Source: Hemiscyllium ocellatum
Taxonomy: Eukaryota
DNA length: 64,000 nucleotides
Assembly (NCBI RefSeq): GCF_020745735.1
Contig: NC_083429.1
Span: 50,263,877-50,327,876 of the forward strand
Direction: 5' to 3'
Part shown: in pieces, positions 36,480 through 47,649 of the stretch
Layout of the letters: each line of letters begins with the position of its first letter
How positions within the stretch are numbered: the first letter of the stretch is position 1
The notes under the pieces: generated by a model
Database searches by the model: none
What the model was told of the DNA's origin: nothing
The model's input: only the letters and a program-made list of their open reading frames with translations
Position numbers and translations under genes: made by a program

Positions 36480-38568
36480 CCCAAATAATAGTTATTTTTA
36501 TGAGTGTAAGGAATAAAGTAAATGCATTGTGGTCACAAATTAAAATTGGAGATTTTGATATAGTAACTATCAATATGGCATGGCTACAGGATGGTCTGGA
36601 CTGGGAACTACATTCCCCAGATCCTAAAATTTACAGGATAGACAGGGGAAACTGCAGAGGAGGTGGAAGAGCCCTACTTATTAAAACAAAATTACTTCAA
36701 TGTTGAGGGAGGAGATAATGAGGGGAAAGCATTCAGTGGAGACTTTTTGGGTGGAATGGAGGAACAGGAAAGGATCTAAAGCTGTAATAGGTGTATAAAT
36801 CCCCTGTTAGCAGGTGTGAGGTGCTAGATTTATAAATGCAGAAGTTGGGAACATGTGTAGCAGTCAGAGTGGTTTAAATGAGAAATTTAAACTTTAATGT
36901 AGATTGGGAGAGGCAGTCAAGCATTTGTCAGAAAGGTAGTGAATGTCCAGAGTGTGTCCGGGATAATTTCTAACCGAAATATGTCCTCAAACAAAAAAAG
37001 GTCAAGCAATATTGGAGCTAGTAATGAATAATAAACCAGATTTAATCAATTATCTAAAGAACCTTTATCAAATAGTGATCATAACATGTTCGAGTTCAAT
37101 GTAGTATTTGAAAGCAAAAAGCATGAATCATTTACTAGAATTTTAGATTGAGGTAGAGCTGACTTTAATGAGATGAGTTAGGGACTGTTCATAGAAAACT
37201 GGGAAAAATCTGGTAATGAATCAAACAACTGAAGTATAGTGGAGGATGTTTCAAGAATCAGAACATAATACAAAACCAGTTTACACCCTGACGTGGAAAA
37301 GTTTCACTTCACAAAAAAAGCCATCAACAACTAAAGTGATAAGAGATCACATAAAATTAAAAGAAAGAGCTGACAAAAATGTAAATAATAGCACAGACCC
37401 TGCTGAATGGAAAAGATACAAAGACTAACAAAAGACCACACTATATAGAACTTCTAGAAGGGATTTTGAAAGGAAATTTCCAAGGAACATTAAAATCAAA
37501 AAGCAGAAATTTTATAGTTATGAAAAGGGAAAGGAATGTTGGCCCATGAAAGAATGTGGGGACATTGTCAAGGACATGTTTAATAATTACTTTGTCTCAG
37601 TATTTACTGTAGAAAAGAAGGAGAGCTTGCACGAAATTAATAGTGGATCAGGGACAGGGACTTAATAAAATTCATGTAAGTAAAATATCAATAATGAGGA
37701 AATTAGTGGAAGTAAAGATTGGCAAATCCCCAAGACCTGATAGTTTCCATCTAAGGGTATTAAAGGAAATAGAGTAGCACATTATAGAGTCCCTAACTAT
37801 AATCTTTCAGAGTTCCTCAGACACAGGAGTTGTCCCTCTGGATTGTAAAATTACATTTCATTTTTTATCAAGGACAAAAAACCAGGGACTTACAGACCAG
37901 TTAGCCTAACATCTGTTGTGGCAAGATTATTGGAGTCTATAATCAAGGGTAGGGTATTAGACCACCTCAAAATTTTTCAGTTAATCAGGGAGAGCCAGCA
38001 TAGATTCATGACAGATTGGTCATGCCTGACAAACTTCAGGGATTTTTTAAAAAAGGTAACTAAGGTATTGAACAGGGAATGTCTACGGATGCTGTATATA
38101 TGTTGTTAAACTTGAAAGGGTGCAGAGAAGATTTACAAGGATGGTTCCAAGGTTGGAGGAGAGGCAGAGCAGACTGGGATTATTTTCCCTGGTGTGTCAA
38201 AGGCTGAGGGGTGACGTGATAGAGTTTATAAAATCATGAGATCCATAGATAGGATGAATTATCAAGGTCTTTTTCTCAGGAGGGGGATTCCAAAACTAGA
38301 ACACATAGATTTAAGGTGAGAGGGGAAAGATAGAAAAGGAATTTAAGGGACAACTTCTTCACATAGAGGGTGGTGCTGCATGTAGGTTATAAGCTGCCAG
38401 AGGAAGTAGTAGAAGCTGATACAATTACAACATTTAAAAGGCATCTGGATGGATATATGAATAGGAAGGGTTTAGAAGGAAATTGGCCAAATGCGGGCTA
38501 ATGGGTCTAGATTAATTTATGTTATCTGGTTGGCATGGATGAGTTGGACCAAAGGGTCTGTTTCCATG
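36480..38568 (+). mobile_element. Old degenerate CR1 LINE (endonuclease, RT, tail)
   Basis: DIVTINMAWLQDGLDWEL...YRIDRGNCRGGG (APE), [18 protein letters not shown], tail ggaccaaagggtctgtttccatg. Confidence 0.8.
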
Positions 38569-39958
38569 AACATAGAACATAGAAAAATACAGTGCAGTAC
38601 ACGCCCTTTGGCCCTCAATGTTGCACCGACCCAAGCCCACCTAACCTACACAAACTTCCTGGTAAACCTCCTCTGCACCCGTTCCAGTGCCTCCACATCC
38701 TTCCTATAGTATGGTGACCAAAACTGCACACAATACTCCAGATGTGGCCACACCAGAGTCTTACACAACTGCAACATGACCTCAGGACTCCAGAACTCAA
38801 TTCCTCTACCAATAAAAGCCAGTACGCCATATGCCTTCTTCACAGCACTATTTACCTGGGTGGCAACTTTCAGAGATCTGTGTACATGGACACCAAGATC
38901 CCTCTGCTCATCCACACTACTAAGTATCCGACCATTAGCCCAGTACTCCATCTTCTTGTTACTCTTACCAAAGTGAATCACTTCACATTTACCTACATTG
39001 AACTCCATTTGCCACCTTTCTGCCCAGCTCTGCAGCTAATCTATATACCGCTGTAACCTGCCACATCCTTCCTCACTGACAATTCCACCGACTTTCGTAT
39101 CATCCACAAACTTGCTCACCCAACCTTCTAGCCCCTCCTCCAGGTCATTTATAAAAATGACAAATAGCAATGGTCCCAAAACAGATCCTTGCGGAACACC
39201 GCTAGTAACTGCACAAGATGAACCTTTACCATCAACTACTACCCTCTGTCTTCTTCCAGCCAGCCAATTCCTAATCCAAACCTCCAACTCACCCTCAATG
39301 CCATACCTCCGTATTTTTTGCAGTAGCCTACCATGGGGAACCTTATCAAACGCCTTACTAAAATCCATATACACCACATCTACCGCTTTACCCTCATCCA
39401 TCTCCTTAGTCACCTTCTCAAAGAATTCAATAAGGTTTGTGAGGCACAACCTGCCCTTCACAAAACCATGCTGACTATCCTTGATCACATTATTCCTATC
39501 CAGATGTTCATAAATCCTATCCCTTACAATTCTCTCTAAGACTTTGCCCACAACAGAGGTGAGACTCACCGGCCTATAGTTACTAGGGTTATCCTTACTC
39601 CCATTCTTGAACAAGGGAACCACATTTGCTATCCTCCAGTCTTCCGGCACTATTCCTGTAGACAACGAGGACATAAAAATCACAGCCAATGGCTCTGCAA
39701 TCTCCTCCCTTGCTTCCCAGAAAATCCTAGGATAAATGCCATCAGGCCCAGGGGACATCTATTTTCACCCCTTCCAGAATTTCCAACATCTCTTCCCTAC
39801 ATACCTCAAAGCCATCCATTCTAATTAATTGTGACTCAATATTCACATCGGCAACAATGTCCTGTTCCCGAGTGAATACTGACGAAAAGTATTCATTCAG
39901 TGTCTCCCCAATCTCTTCAGCCTCCACGCACAACTTCCCACTACTATCCTTGACTGGA
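38569..39958 (-). mobile_element. Young CR1 LINE with RT domain, inserted into the tail of the previous CR1
   Basis: ORFs 39036-39758 (PGPDGIYPR...[13 protein letters not shown]...[13 protein letters not shown]...KFVDDTK) and 38646-39008; ccatg at 38564-68 and 39959-63; host tail resumes at 39964. Confidence 0.92.
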
Positions 39959-39984
39959 CCATGCTGTGCTATCTAAGACTCTGT

Positions 39985-41130
39985 GACTTCCTGAAGGCAT
40001 TTGATAACGTCTGACATAAGAGACTGTTAACTATGGTAGAAATGTGGAGAATTGAGGGCAAATTACTGACATGGCTGGGGAATTGGTTGAGTGTCAGGCA
40101 ACAGAAAATGGAGATGTTGGCTAGATACTCAAATTGGCAGGACGTGACAAATAGTGCCCCATAAGGATCTGTGTTTGGGCCTCAATTATTCACATTAGTT
40201 ATTCACATTATGGCGTTGAAAGTCATAGATCGAAATTTGTTGATGACACAAACTTGGATGGCATTGTAGACAATGTAAATGATAGCATAAAATTACAAAA
40301 GGATATTGATAGACCAAGTGCATGGGCAAGACTGTAGAAGATGGAATTCAATGTAAGCAAGTGTAAGATAATTCATTTTGGACCCGAAAAGGGTGGATAA
40401 GGGTATTTTCTCAATGAAGCGACATTAAGTACAGTGAATGTCCAAAGAAACTTAGGGAATTGGTGCATAGATCTTTAAAATGCCAAGAACATTTGCAGAA
40501 CATAATCAAGGTCGCTGGAATGCTGGCTGTTATATCTAGAGCATTGGAGAATAAGGATGCGGAAGATTTGCTGCAGTTTCACAAAACCCCTGTACTCGGT
40601 GTTCTGTGAACAGATCTGGGCACCACACCTTAGGAAGGATATATTAGTCTTTGACGGAGTACCACGTAAACCTATAAGAATGATACCTGGACTTTACAGG
40701 TTAAATTATGAGGAGGGCTGACAAACATTAGGTCTGTTTTATCTCGCTTTTAGAATTAAGGGATGATCTGATCAAAGTCTTCAAGATATAAACAAGAAAA
40801 GACAGATACAGGTAAACTATTCCCACTGTTTGAAGATTCTTGAACTAACGGTTGGTCTAAACATTAGGGTGAGACCATTCAGTCAAGATGTTAGGAAGCA
40901 CTTCTACACAAAAAGTGGTAGAGGCAAGGAATTGTCTTTCATAAACATCAGTTAATGCTACACCACTTATTAATTTTAAATCTGTGATAGATACGTTTTG
41001 TTAAGCAAAGATCTGAATGGATATGGACCACAGACAGATATATGGAATTTGGCCACTGATCAGTCATGATTTTATTGAATGACAGAGCAGGAGCGAGGGG
41101 CTGAATGGCCGACTCCTGTATCTATGTTCC
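39985..41130 (+). mobile_element. Degenerate CR1 RT-to-tail fragment
   Basis: gacttcctgaaggcatttgataac (DFxKAFD), ggatctgtgtttgggcctcaatta, gggctgaatggccgactcctgtatctatgttcc tail. Confidence 0.75.
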
Positions 41131-41345
41131 GATGTAAATACACCCAGGATAGGTGCCGCACGGGGATTAGATGCAGAGTAAAGCTCCCTTTAATCCTGTC
41201 CCCATCAAAAACTTCCAGTGTACACTATCCCTTTAAAACTCCCATGGTCAGGAGCAGCGTGAAGCCCGCAGTACGCTGTCCCCTCATCAAACACTCCCAG
41301 GACAGGGTCAGCCCAGAGTTAGATGCAGAATAAAGCTGCCTCTAT
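41130..41345 (-). repeat. About 70-bp unit minisatellite family (about 3 units)
   Basis: Same unit as 35690-36400. Confidence 0.75.
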
Positions 41346-42470
41346 ATCTGGTCGACATCTCGAGTCGGTCTCTCTGTGTGTAACAAATAAATAAGCAAAT
41401 GCAAGTCGGAGACCTTGAATGCCCATTGTCGATCAATAGATTATTGCGAGAAAGCTAAAACAAGCCTTAACCCTTTCATTGCCATCCCTTTGCACGTACC
41501 TTTAGCTTTGTCACTGTTAAACCAGACAGAAGCAAGTGAGCAAGAGTTTCTTTCAACTTGCTCTAGTTTCTCACTGAAGTGGGGCGGGCAGCTGAGAAAA
41601 AATGAGTTGGTCTTTCAGTGGACCCATTATGCTCGTGAGAAGATACACCCTTCATTAACCCATTGCTTCCGGGTGCTAACAATCAGCTGCGGATCGCCGT
41701 GACACTTTGATGTTTGGGCTGCAGCCACCATCCGCTTGTTTCCATCTTGATCCCCGGGCGGAGACACCCGTCCGGAGTTGTGTTCTCAGGTTAAAACCCT
41801 TGGACCGCATCTGGGGGGCTCCTGGATGGGATTTGGAACATAATCCGAGAGTGTTCATTCTGGAGAGCGGGGGAATTGCCTCCCTCCTTGGGCTGTTAAA
41901 GAGGGTGTGTGTGTGTGTGTGCTAAGCGTGCACAGACTTCTGAAAAGAGTCAGCCGATCGAAGGCCTTCTTAATTCTTAACAGTGACCTTCACAGATGGC
42001 GTGATTCCAGTTCAGCCAAACGTCCTGCAATCTCTAAGTATCCTGTCCTCGCAGGCTAAGTGAACATTGCAGGAATTTGTTCCTAACTTCCCCGAGAGAA
42101 ATCTAGCTCCTCCCTGGAGTGATGCAAAGGCTGACAGGATGAGATTCTTTCTCATGGCTCTTTTTTTTTGGAATGGAATCCTGTTCCATTGCAGTGTCCC
42201 TCGGGATAGGCCCAACTTAGTATTATTCAGTATCTGTCCTGCAGAGTCAGCACTGGAACCCAGCTGCATCGCCCTCTGATTGATGCAGTGTTAGGAAATA
42301 TAGATTTTTTTTTACAGAGCCTTAAAGCACAGCAATATGCAAATAAAGCTGCAAAGAGTGAAGGCACAACTGCAGGATTACAGCAGGACCGAGGCTGGTG
42401 CAGTCTGAGCACCATCAGAGTTCTCTTGTCAGGATACTCTCATCATCAGGATCCATCATTTTGGTTCATT
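41345..42470. promoter_or_regulatory. CpG-enriched non-repeat segment in SCN2B intron 1 (candidate enhancer or alternative promoter)
   Basis: Many retained CpGs, GC boxes ggggcggg at 41581 and gggcgg near 41756, E-boxes cagctg, octamer atgcaaat at 42337-44. Confidence 0.4.
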
Positions 42471-42474
42471 CACA

Positions 42475-42830
42475 GAATGAGGGCCATCACTGGCCAGGCC
42501 AGCATTAGACCCATCCCTAATTGCCCAGAGGGCAGTTAAAAATCAGCCACATTGCTGTGGGTCTGTAGGCCAGACCAGGTAAGGACAGCAGATTTCCTTC
42601 CCTGAGGGTCAGCAGTGAACCAGATGGATTTTTCTGACAACGGATTCGCAGTCATCATTAGGGCTGTTCATTCCAGATATTTGATTGAATTCAAAATCCA
42701 CTATCTGCCGTGGTGGGATTCAGATCTGGGTCCCGATCCATGCCTGGGTCCCGATCCATGCCTGGGTCCCGATCCATGCCTAGGGTCTGGGTCCCGAACA
42801 GCCCAGTGATAATGCCCCTAGACAATCACT
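42475..42830 (-). mobile_element. tRNA-derived SINE, second family, with internal 18-bp tandem repeat
   Basis: Antisense SINE body; (ctgggtcccgatccatgc)x3 at 42726-42779. Confidence 0.7.
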
Positions 42831-43516
42831 TTCTCCATTTGAATTGATCAGCTTTGCTCAAATCCTTTCTCTGTTTTTAAAGTTGTCCCAGCAACTGAGC
42901 ATCAGTTCATCTGTCTTTACTCGGCTGTGTTCAGTTTTGATTTATGATACTCACTCCAGTGAAGGGCTTCTGGATTTTTATTTTTAAGGTGCTGCACAAA
43001 TGCCCATTGTTGGTGTCTTGCCAAAGGGACTAATATTGGAACTGTGACTGTTGACTTTGTCATTTTTGGTGAAGAGGAGGCGAGCTGTCGGCCTCCCTTT
43101 CACCAGGACTGAGTCTAGGGGTTAATAGAGGTGTCTGATTCTCCCTGACTGATGTTTGAGGTTACATGTTGAGAGGGTGAGGCATGTCTTTGTTGGTCTC
43201 TGTCCTCCTTGACAGTTTAATCCTGGGGAGGTGTCTGCAATTTGGTGATCTGGGTTTAAGGTCCAATTGTTGATATTTGGGTTTAATTTTAATTTGGGTT
43301 TAATCCAAGTCATGGGTTTAATGGAGATACTTGATTAAAGTTTTGCTCCTTCTGATTTCAGAGGGTGCCCAGACTATATCATTGTAACAGTGCACCTCCA
43401 ATTTCTTTCTCACTGCTGAGGAAACTGTCCTTATTTTACAGTTGTGGAACAGTCCATAATTCTTAATGCTTTGGTTCCTGACAATCTCTTTCTCACACCC
43501 TCCCCACCTCCTTTAG

Positions 43517-43683
43517 TGCACTTTGGCGCTGCTATGGAAGTTACAGTGTCACCTGATGTCATTGGGCTCAATGGTTCCTCGGCCAAACTGAGCTGCACCT
43601 TTAACTCCTGCTATGACGTGAATGAACAGCGTTTCTCTTTAAATTGGACCTATGCTGAATGTAGCAACTGCACTCAAGATGTG
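43517..43683 (+). CDS. SCN2B: SCN2B exon 2 (VHFGAAMEVTVSPDVIGLNGSSAKLSCTFNSCYDVNEQRFSLNWTYAECSNCTQDV)
   Basis: MEVTV, CTFNSCY, FSLNWTY and ECxNC are diagnostic of Nav beta-2; acceptor cctttag, donor GTG|gtaagt. Confidence 0.97.
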
Positions 43684-43772
43684 GTAAGTGTTTTGCTCTT
43701 TAGTGTAGGTGGGATGAGAATTTCAGCAGTCAATGAGCTGAGACAGGGATGCAGACAGATGATGCAATGAAG

Positions 43773-44331
43773 TTGAAAATGTGTTGCTGGTTAAAGCACA
43801 GCAGGTTAGGCAGCATCCAAGGAATAGGAAATTCGACGTTTCGGGCATAAGCCCTTCATCAGGAATGAGGAGAGTGTGCCAAGCAGGCTAAGATAAAAGG
43901 TAGGGAGGAGGGACTTGGGGGAGGGGCGATGGAGATGTGATAGGTGGAAGGAGGTCAAGGTGAGGGTGATAGGCCGGAGTGGGGTGGGGGCGGAGAGGTT
44001 AGGAAGAAGATTGCAGGTTAGGAGGGCGGTGCTGAGTTGAGGGAACCGACTGAGACAAGGTGGGGGGAGGGGAAATGAGGAAACTGGAGAAATCTGAGTT
44101 CATCCCTTGTGGTTGGAGGGTTCCCAGGCGGAAGATGAGGCGCTCCTCCTCCAGCCGTCGTGTTGTTATGTTCTGCCGGTGGAGGAGTCCAAGGACCTGC
44201 ATGTCCTCGGTGGAGTGGGAGGGGGAGTTAAAGTGTTGAGCCACGGGGTGGTTGGGTTGGTTGGTCTGGGCGTCCCTGAGGTGTTCTCTGAAACGTTCCG
44301 CAAGTAAGCGGCCCGTCTCCCCGATGTAGAG
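43773..44331 (-). mobile_element. Young Penelope-like family A insertion in SCN2B intron 2
   Basis: Minus-strand GIY-YIG end (LYIGETGRLLAERFREHL...HFNSPSHSTEDMQVLGLL...RRLEEERLIFRLGTLQP); 12-bp TSD gatgcaatgaag at 43761-72 and 44332-43. Confidence 0.9.
43831..43866 (-). ncRNA. Intact minimal type-I hammerhead ribozyme motif, family A
   Basis: AUUC-CUGAUGA-A-GGGC-UUAU-GCCC-GAAAC-GUC^GAAU: all core nucleotides present, stem I AUUC/GAAU 4 bp, stem II 4 bp, palindromic ACGU stem III. Confidence 0.82.
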
Positions 44332-45109
44332 GATGCAATGAAGGCGAGGGTAGTGATCTTTATGAAGAAGAGGGTTTGAGTGTCAGGACCATAAAGGACA
44401 CGGAGCTTGTGAACAGCCTCAGGGAGGGAATGCAGCCAGTGACAAGTGGCGAAGGACAGGGACAATCATTTAGCCCTTTCTGATGTTTATTTAGAGGAAA
44501 ATATGGCTCGTTCTTGACTGGATGTTGGGCAAGTAGTCTGACAAGTCAGTGATTCCGAGAGAAGGGCTGAGGCAGAAGTCAGTGTTTCCAGTGTAAACAT
44601 GGAACTGGCTGGTGTATTTTCAGATAATGTGTGTAGATGATGAATAGGAGATCGACAAAGTTAGGTCTATGTGAGGCTCCAGCGAACACTGCGAGAGTAG
44701 GGGGAGGAACTGTTACAGGAGACGCTGTGACTACATATGATTGTGGTATGATTACAGAGCTAAACCTATTATTGACCATTCCTCAGAGCGGACGATGGAG
44801 GAGACTTGCTGGAGGGTTGCATAGTGAGAAGCTGTGGACATGTCAAACCAGAGGGAGAGAGAAGTATTTTACCATAGTCACAGGAATATAGGATATGATT
44901 TGTGACATTGAAAAAAGCTGTTCTATGGCTGCCACAGGCAACAGAAACCAGATGGAGAGACTGGTGCAGGGAATTAAGGTAAATCGGTGCGAATATGGGA
45001 GGCACCAACATTTTCAGGGACTTTGGAGATAAGGGAGTCTGGAGCTAGGTTGATACCCAAGGAGACACTCTTTCAAGGTGGAAAAACCTTCCACCTTATA
45101 CAGCATTAT

Positions 45110-45480
45110 CAATAGAGACAAGGGGTTTTCATTGAAGTGTTATCAAACAAGACTCAGCACTGAGCCATGTAGAGAGTCATTAGGGGCAGTTGACTAAAAA
45201 GTTTGAAGGCAATAAGCTTTCAGGAACATCTTAAAAGAGCAACAGGAGCTGAAGAAGTAGAGAACGTTAGGAAGTGAATTCCAGGGACTTGGGTCTCAGC
45301 ATCTGAAAGCACGACCACCAGTGGTGATACCATGAAGATTGTGAAGGTTGGATTGGAAGCACCAAGATCTCAGAAGATTGTAAGAACGAAGGATGTTGCA
45401 GAGACTGAAAGCATGAAGCTGTGGAGGAATTTGACAACAAGGATGAGAATTTTCACATTGGCTCCCCATCATGCAGAATG
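45110..45480 (-). mobile_element. L2-type LINE 3' fragment
   Basis: Roughly the reverse complement of the 770-1275 element. Confidence 0.45.
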
Positions 45481-45680
45481 TCATTTATATTTCTGTTTGG
45501 CGGCACAGGGGTCATGGTTGAGTGGGGATTGGTGTGCATGTTAGCGTACGGGTTGCAGTGTTTTGGCTGTGTTCAGATAATTTGTGCGTTAAAAAAAGAT
45601 TTGCATGGAGATGAATTGACAAAAACTCCCACAAAACCATTTAGCTTTTTCTCTTTTCTTCCCCCCCCCCCCTCCCATAG

Positions 45681-45891
45681 CTTGTTCAATTCTGGAAAAA
45701 AGTCATTATCCCCAGAGATGACCGCTTTGCAGGCAGGGTGGAGTGGTCAGGGAACCTCAAAAAAAATGATGTCTCTATCACAATTCACGACATCCAGCTC
45801 AGTGATGAAGGCTTTTACAACTGTTCTGTGTTAAACCCACCTGACAGACACAACGGGTGGGGAATAATCCGCCTGCAAGTTGTCACAGAAG
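45681..45891 (+). CDS. SCN2B: SCN2B exon 3 (LVQFWKKVIIPRDDRFAGRVEWSGNLKKNDVSITIHDIQLSDEGFYNCSVLNPPDRHNGWGIIRLQVVTE)
   Basis: Poly-C acceptor ...cccatag, donor G|gtattg; RF..RVE.SGN...DVS...DEG.YNC...NPPDRH matches beta-2; frame verified across the A8 run. Confidence 0.96.
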
Positions 45892-46131
45892 GTATTGTAA
45901 AATAATATTGTCATCTCCATCACTTTCCCTCCAATCTTTGACATGCCTGCCCATTCTCTTTCTGTGATGTGCATTGCATTTTCTTTGTGTGTGGTACTAC
46001 CTTCTGCTCTTCCACGCTGTGTGTTTAATGTTGCCCCCCCCAACCACCACTGACTGTATAACTATCTGTATAAACTAAATCTTGGATCTAGTGCATAGTT
46101 ACAATTGGTTTTATAATTCTTGACAAAGAAA

Positions 46132-46565
46132 GATAGCATGGTGTCTCAGTGGTTAGCACTGTTGCCTCACAGTGCCATGGACCTAGGCTCAATTCCAGCC
46201 TCGGGAAACTGTCTGAGTGAGTTTGCACATCTCCCCGTGTCTGCATGGGTTTGCACATCTCCCCGTGTCTGTGTGGAGTTTGCACATCTCCCCATGTCTG
46301 TGTGGAGTTTGCACATCTCCCCGTGACTGCGTGGGTTTCCTCTTGGTGCTCCGGTTTCCTCCCACCATCCAAAGATGTGCAGGTTAGGTGGATTAGCCAT
46401 ATTAAATTGCCCATAGTGTCCAGGGATGTGCAGACTAGGTGGATTAGCCATAGGAAATGTGGGATTATGGAGATGAGGTAGTGGTCTGGGTGGGATGCTC
46501 TTCAGAGGATCAGAGCAGACTCAATGAGCTGAATGGCCTCTTTCTGCATTGTAGGGATTCTGTGA
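46132..46565 (+). mobile_element. HE1-like SINE with four internal 28-29 bp tandem copies
   Basis: tttgcacatctcccc at 46222, 46250, 46279 and 46308. Confidence 0.85.
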
Positions 46566-47404
46566 AAATTTAAAGACATTTGAAACTCCTACTCAACAAG
46601 GTGTGAGTTGCTCATAGTTGTTCCATGAAGCAAAACTGTTGAGGTTTGGCAGGAGGAGGAGAACAGGGATGGAACCTGTTCTTTCGCTTTAGTTTGCACC
46701 ACACTACAGTGACAACAGCTAAGTGACCCCCTTACTATAGTAAAGATGCTATACAAATGCAAGATGGCATATACCTTTGATTTCAATGCTTGCTCCAGTT
46801 TTGTTTCGCTGTCTGTCTCAGTGGGGTGGCTGGTGCTGTGGGTGTGTGAGCACTACATTCCAATGCAACAATTGGAGCACGGGGATTTTAGAATTAGAGT
46901 TAGGTTTACTTTCGCATATAGTCAGGTTACAAGAGAACCAGAGGACAGTGAAAAGTGTGCAATGTTGCCAACGCACTGCGCCATCTCAGATACAAAGTAC
47001 CTAGGTACAAAACTTAGGAATAGAAAAATAAAGAAAATAAGCAAAAAAAGGTACACTACATTACAGATATACAGACTACAAATTAGGAAAATATGAAATA
47101 AAGCTAAAAAGATAGACATTGCAGTTGTCTTTGCACCTACAAAGGAAACATTGATCTCCAGTAGGTCCCTGCCACAGCCAATGTAGCGCATGACTATTTT
47201 GTACAATTTGTCTTTGTGAGGGGTTTACAGCGACCAATTGACACACAGCTGATCACACTCCTCAAAGTGCTTTTATTTGAACATGTAATAGAAAGTTTCT
47301 TGTTCCTATTTGTATTTATTTTCTCCAAATGTGTGCATTTGCCACAAGACTGCCTCCGTACGTTGAGGGAACATTTCCCTGATCCAGTGATATTTACCTT
47401 GCAG

Positions 47405-47604
47405 TTCCCCCTGAGCGTGACTCCACCGTGGCTGTGATTATAGGGGCATCAGTCGGGGGCTTTCTGGCTGTCATCATTCTGGTCTTAGTCATCGTGAAGT
47501 GTGTGAGGAGGAAAAAGAAACAAGATCATCATTCTGAAGATCAGAAAACCGAAGAGGAAGGAAAAACAGATGGCGAAGGCAATCAGGAAGAAGATGAAAA
47601 GTAA
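47405..47604 (+). CDS. SCN2B: SCN2B exon 4 (VPPERDSTVAVIIGASVGGFLAVIILVLVIVKCVRRKKKQDHHSEDQKTEEEGKTDGEGNQEEDEK*)
   Basis: PPERDSTVAVI.GASVGGFLAV, KCVRRKK and KTEEEGKTDGEGN match human beta-2 (recalled); TAA 47602-04 overlaps a donor. Confidence 0.97.
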
Positions 47605-47649
47605 GACTGTCAGTCAGAAGCAAGTATTAACTTGTACTTCCTTAGACAG

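Noticed and set aside
42139-42193. Signal-peptide-like MRFFLMALFFWNGILFHC as an alternative SCN2B first exon
   Set aside because: Phase would fit exon 2, but the only donor (GCA|gtgtcc) is poor and the hydrophobicity comes partly from a T run. Not supportable without reads.
42398-42420. REST/RE1 site (ctgagcaccatcagag) in a neuronal gene
   Set aside because: Only the left half-site resembles RE1; the GGACAG half is missing.
3398-43866. Selection against sense-strand hammerheads inside genes
   Set aside because: About a dozen copies with intact examples on both strands (8840 and 27768 sense; 4713 and 43831 antisense); too few to show a bias.
15883-46330. CRISPR-like arrays
   Set aside because: The short repeats are contiguous tandem copies without unique spacers, in eukaryotic SINE context.
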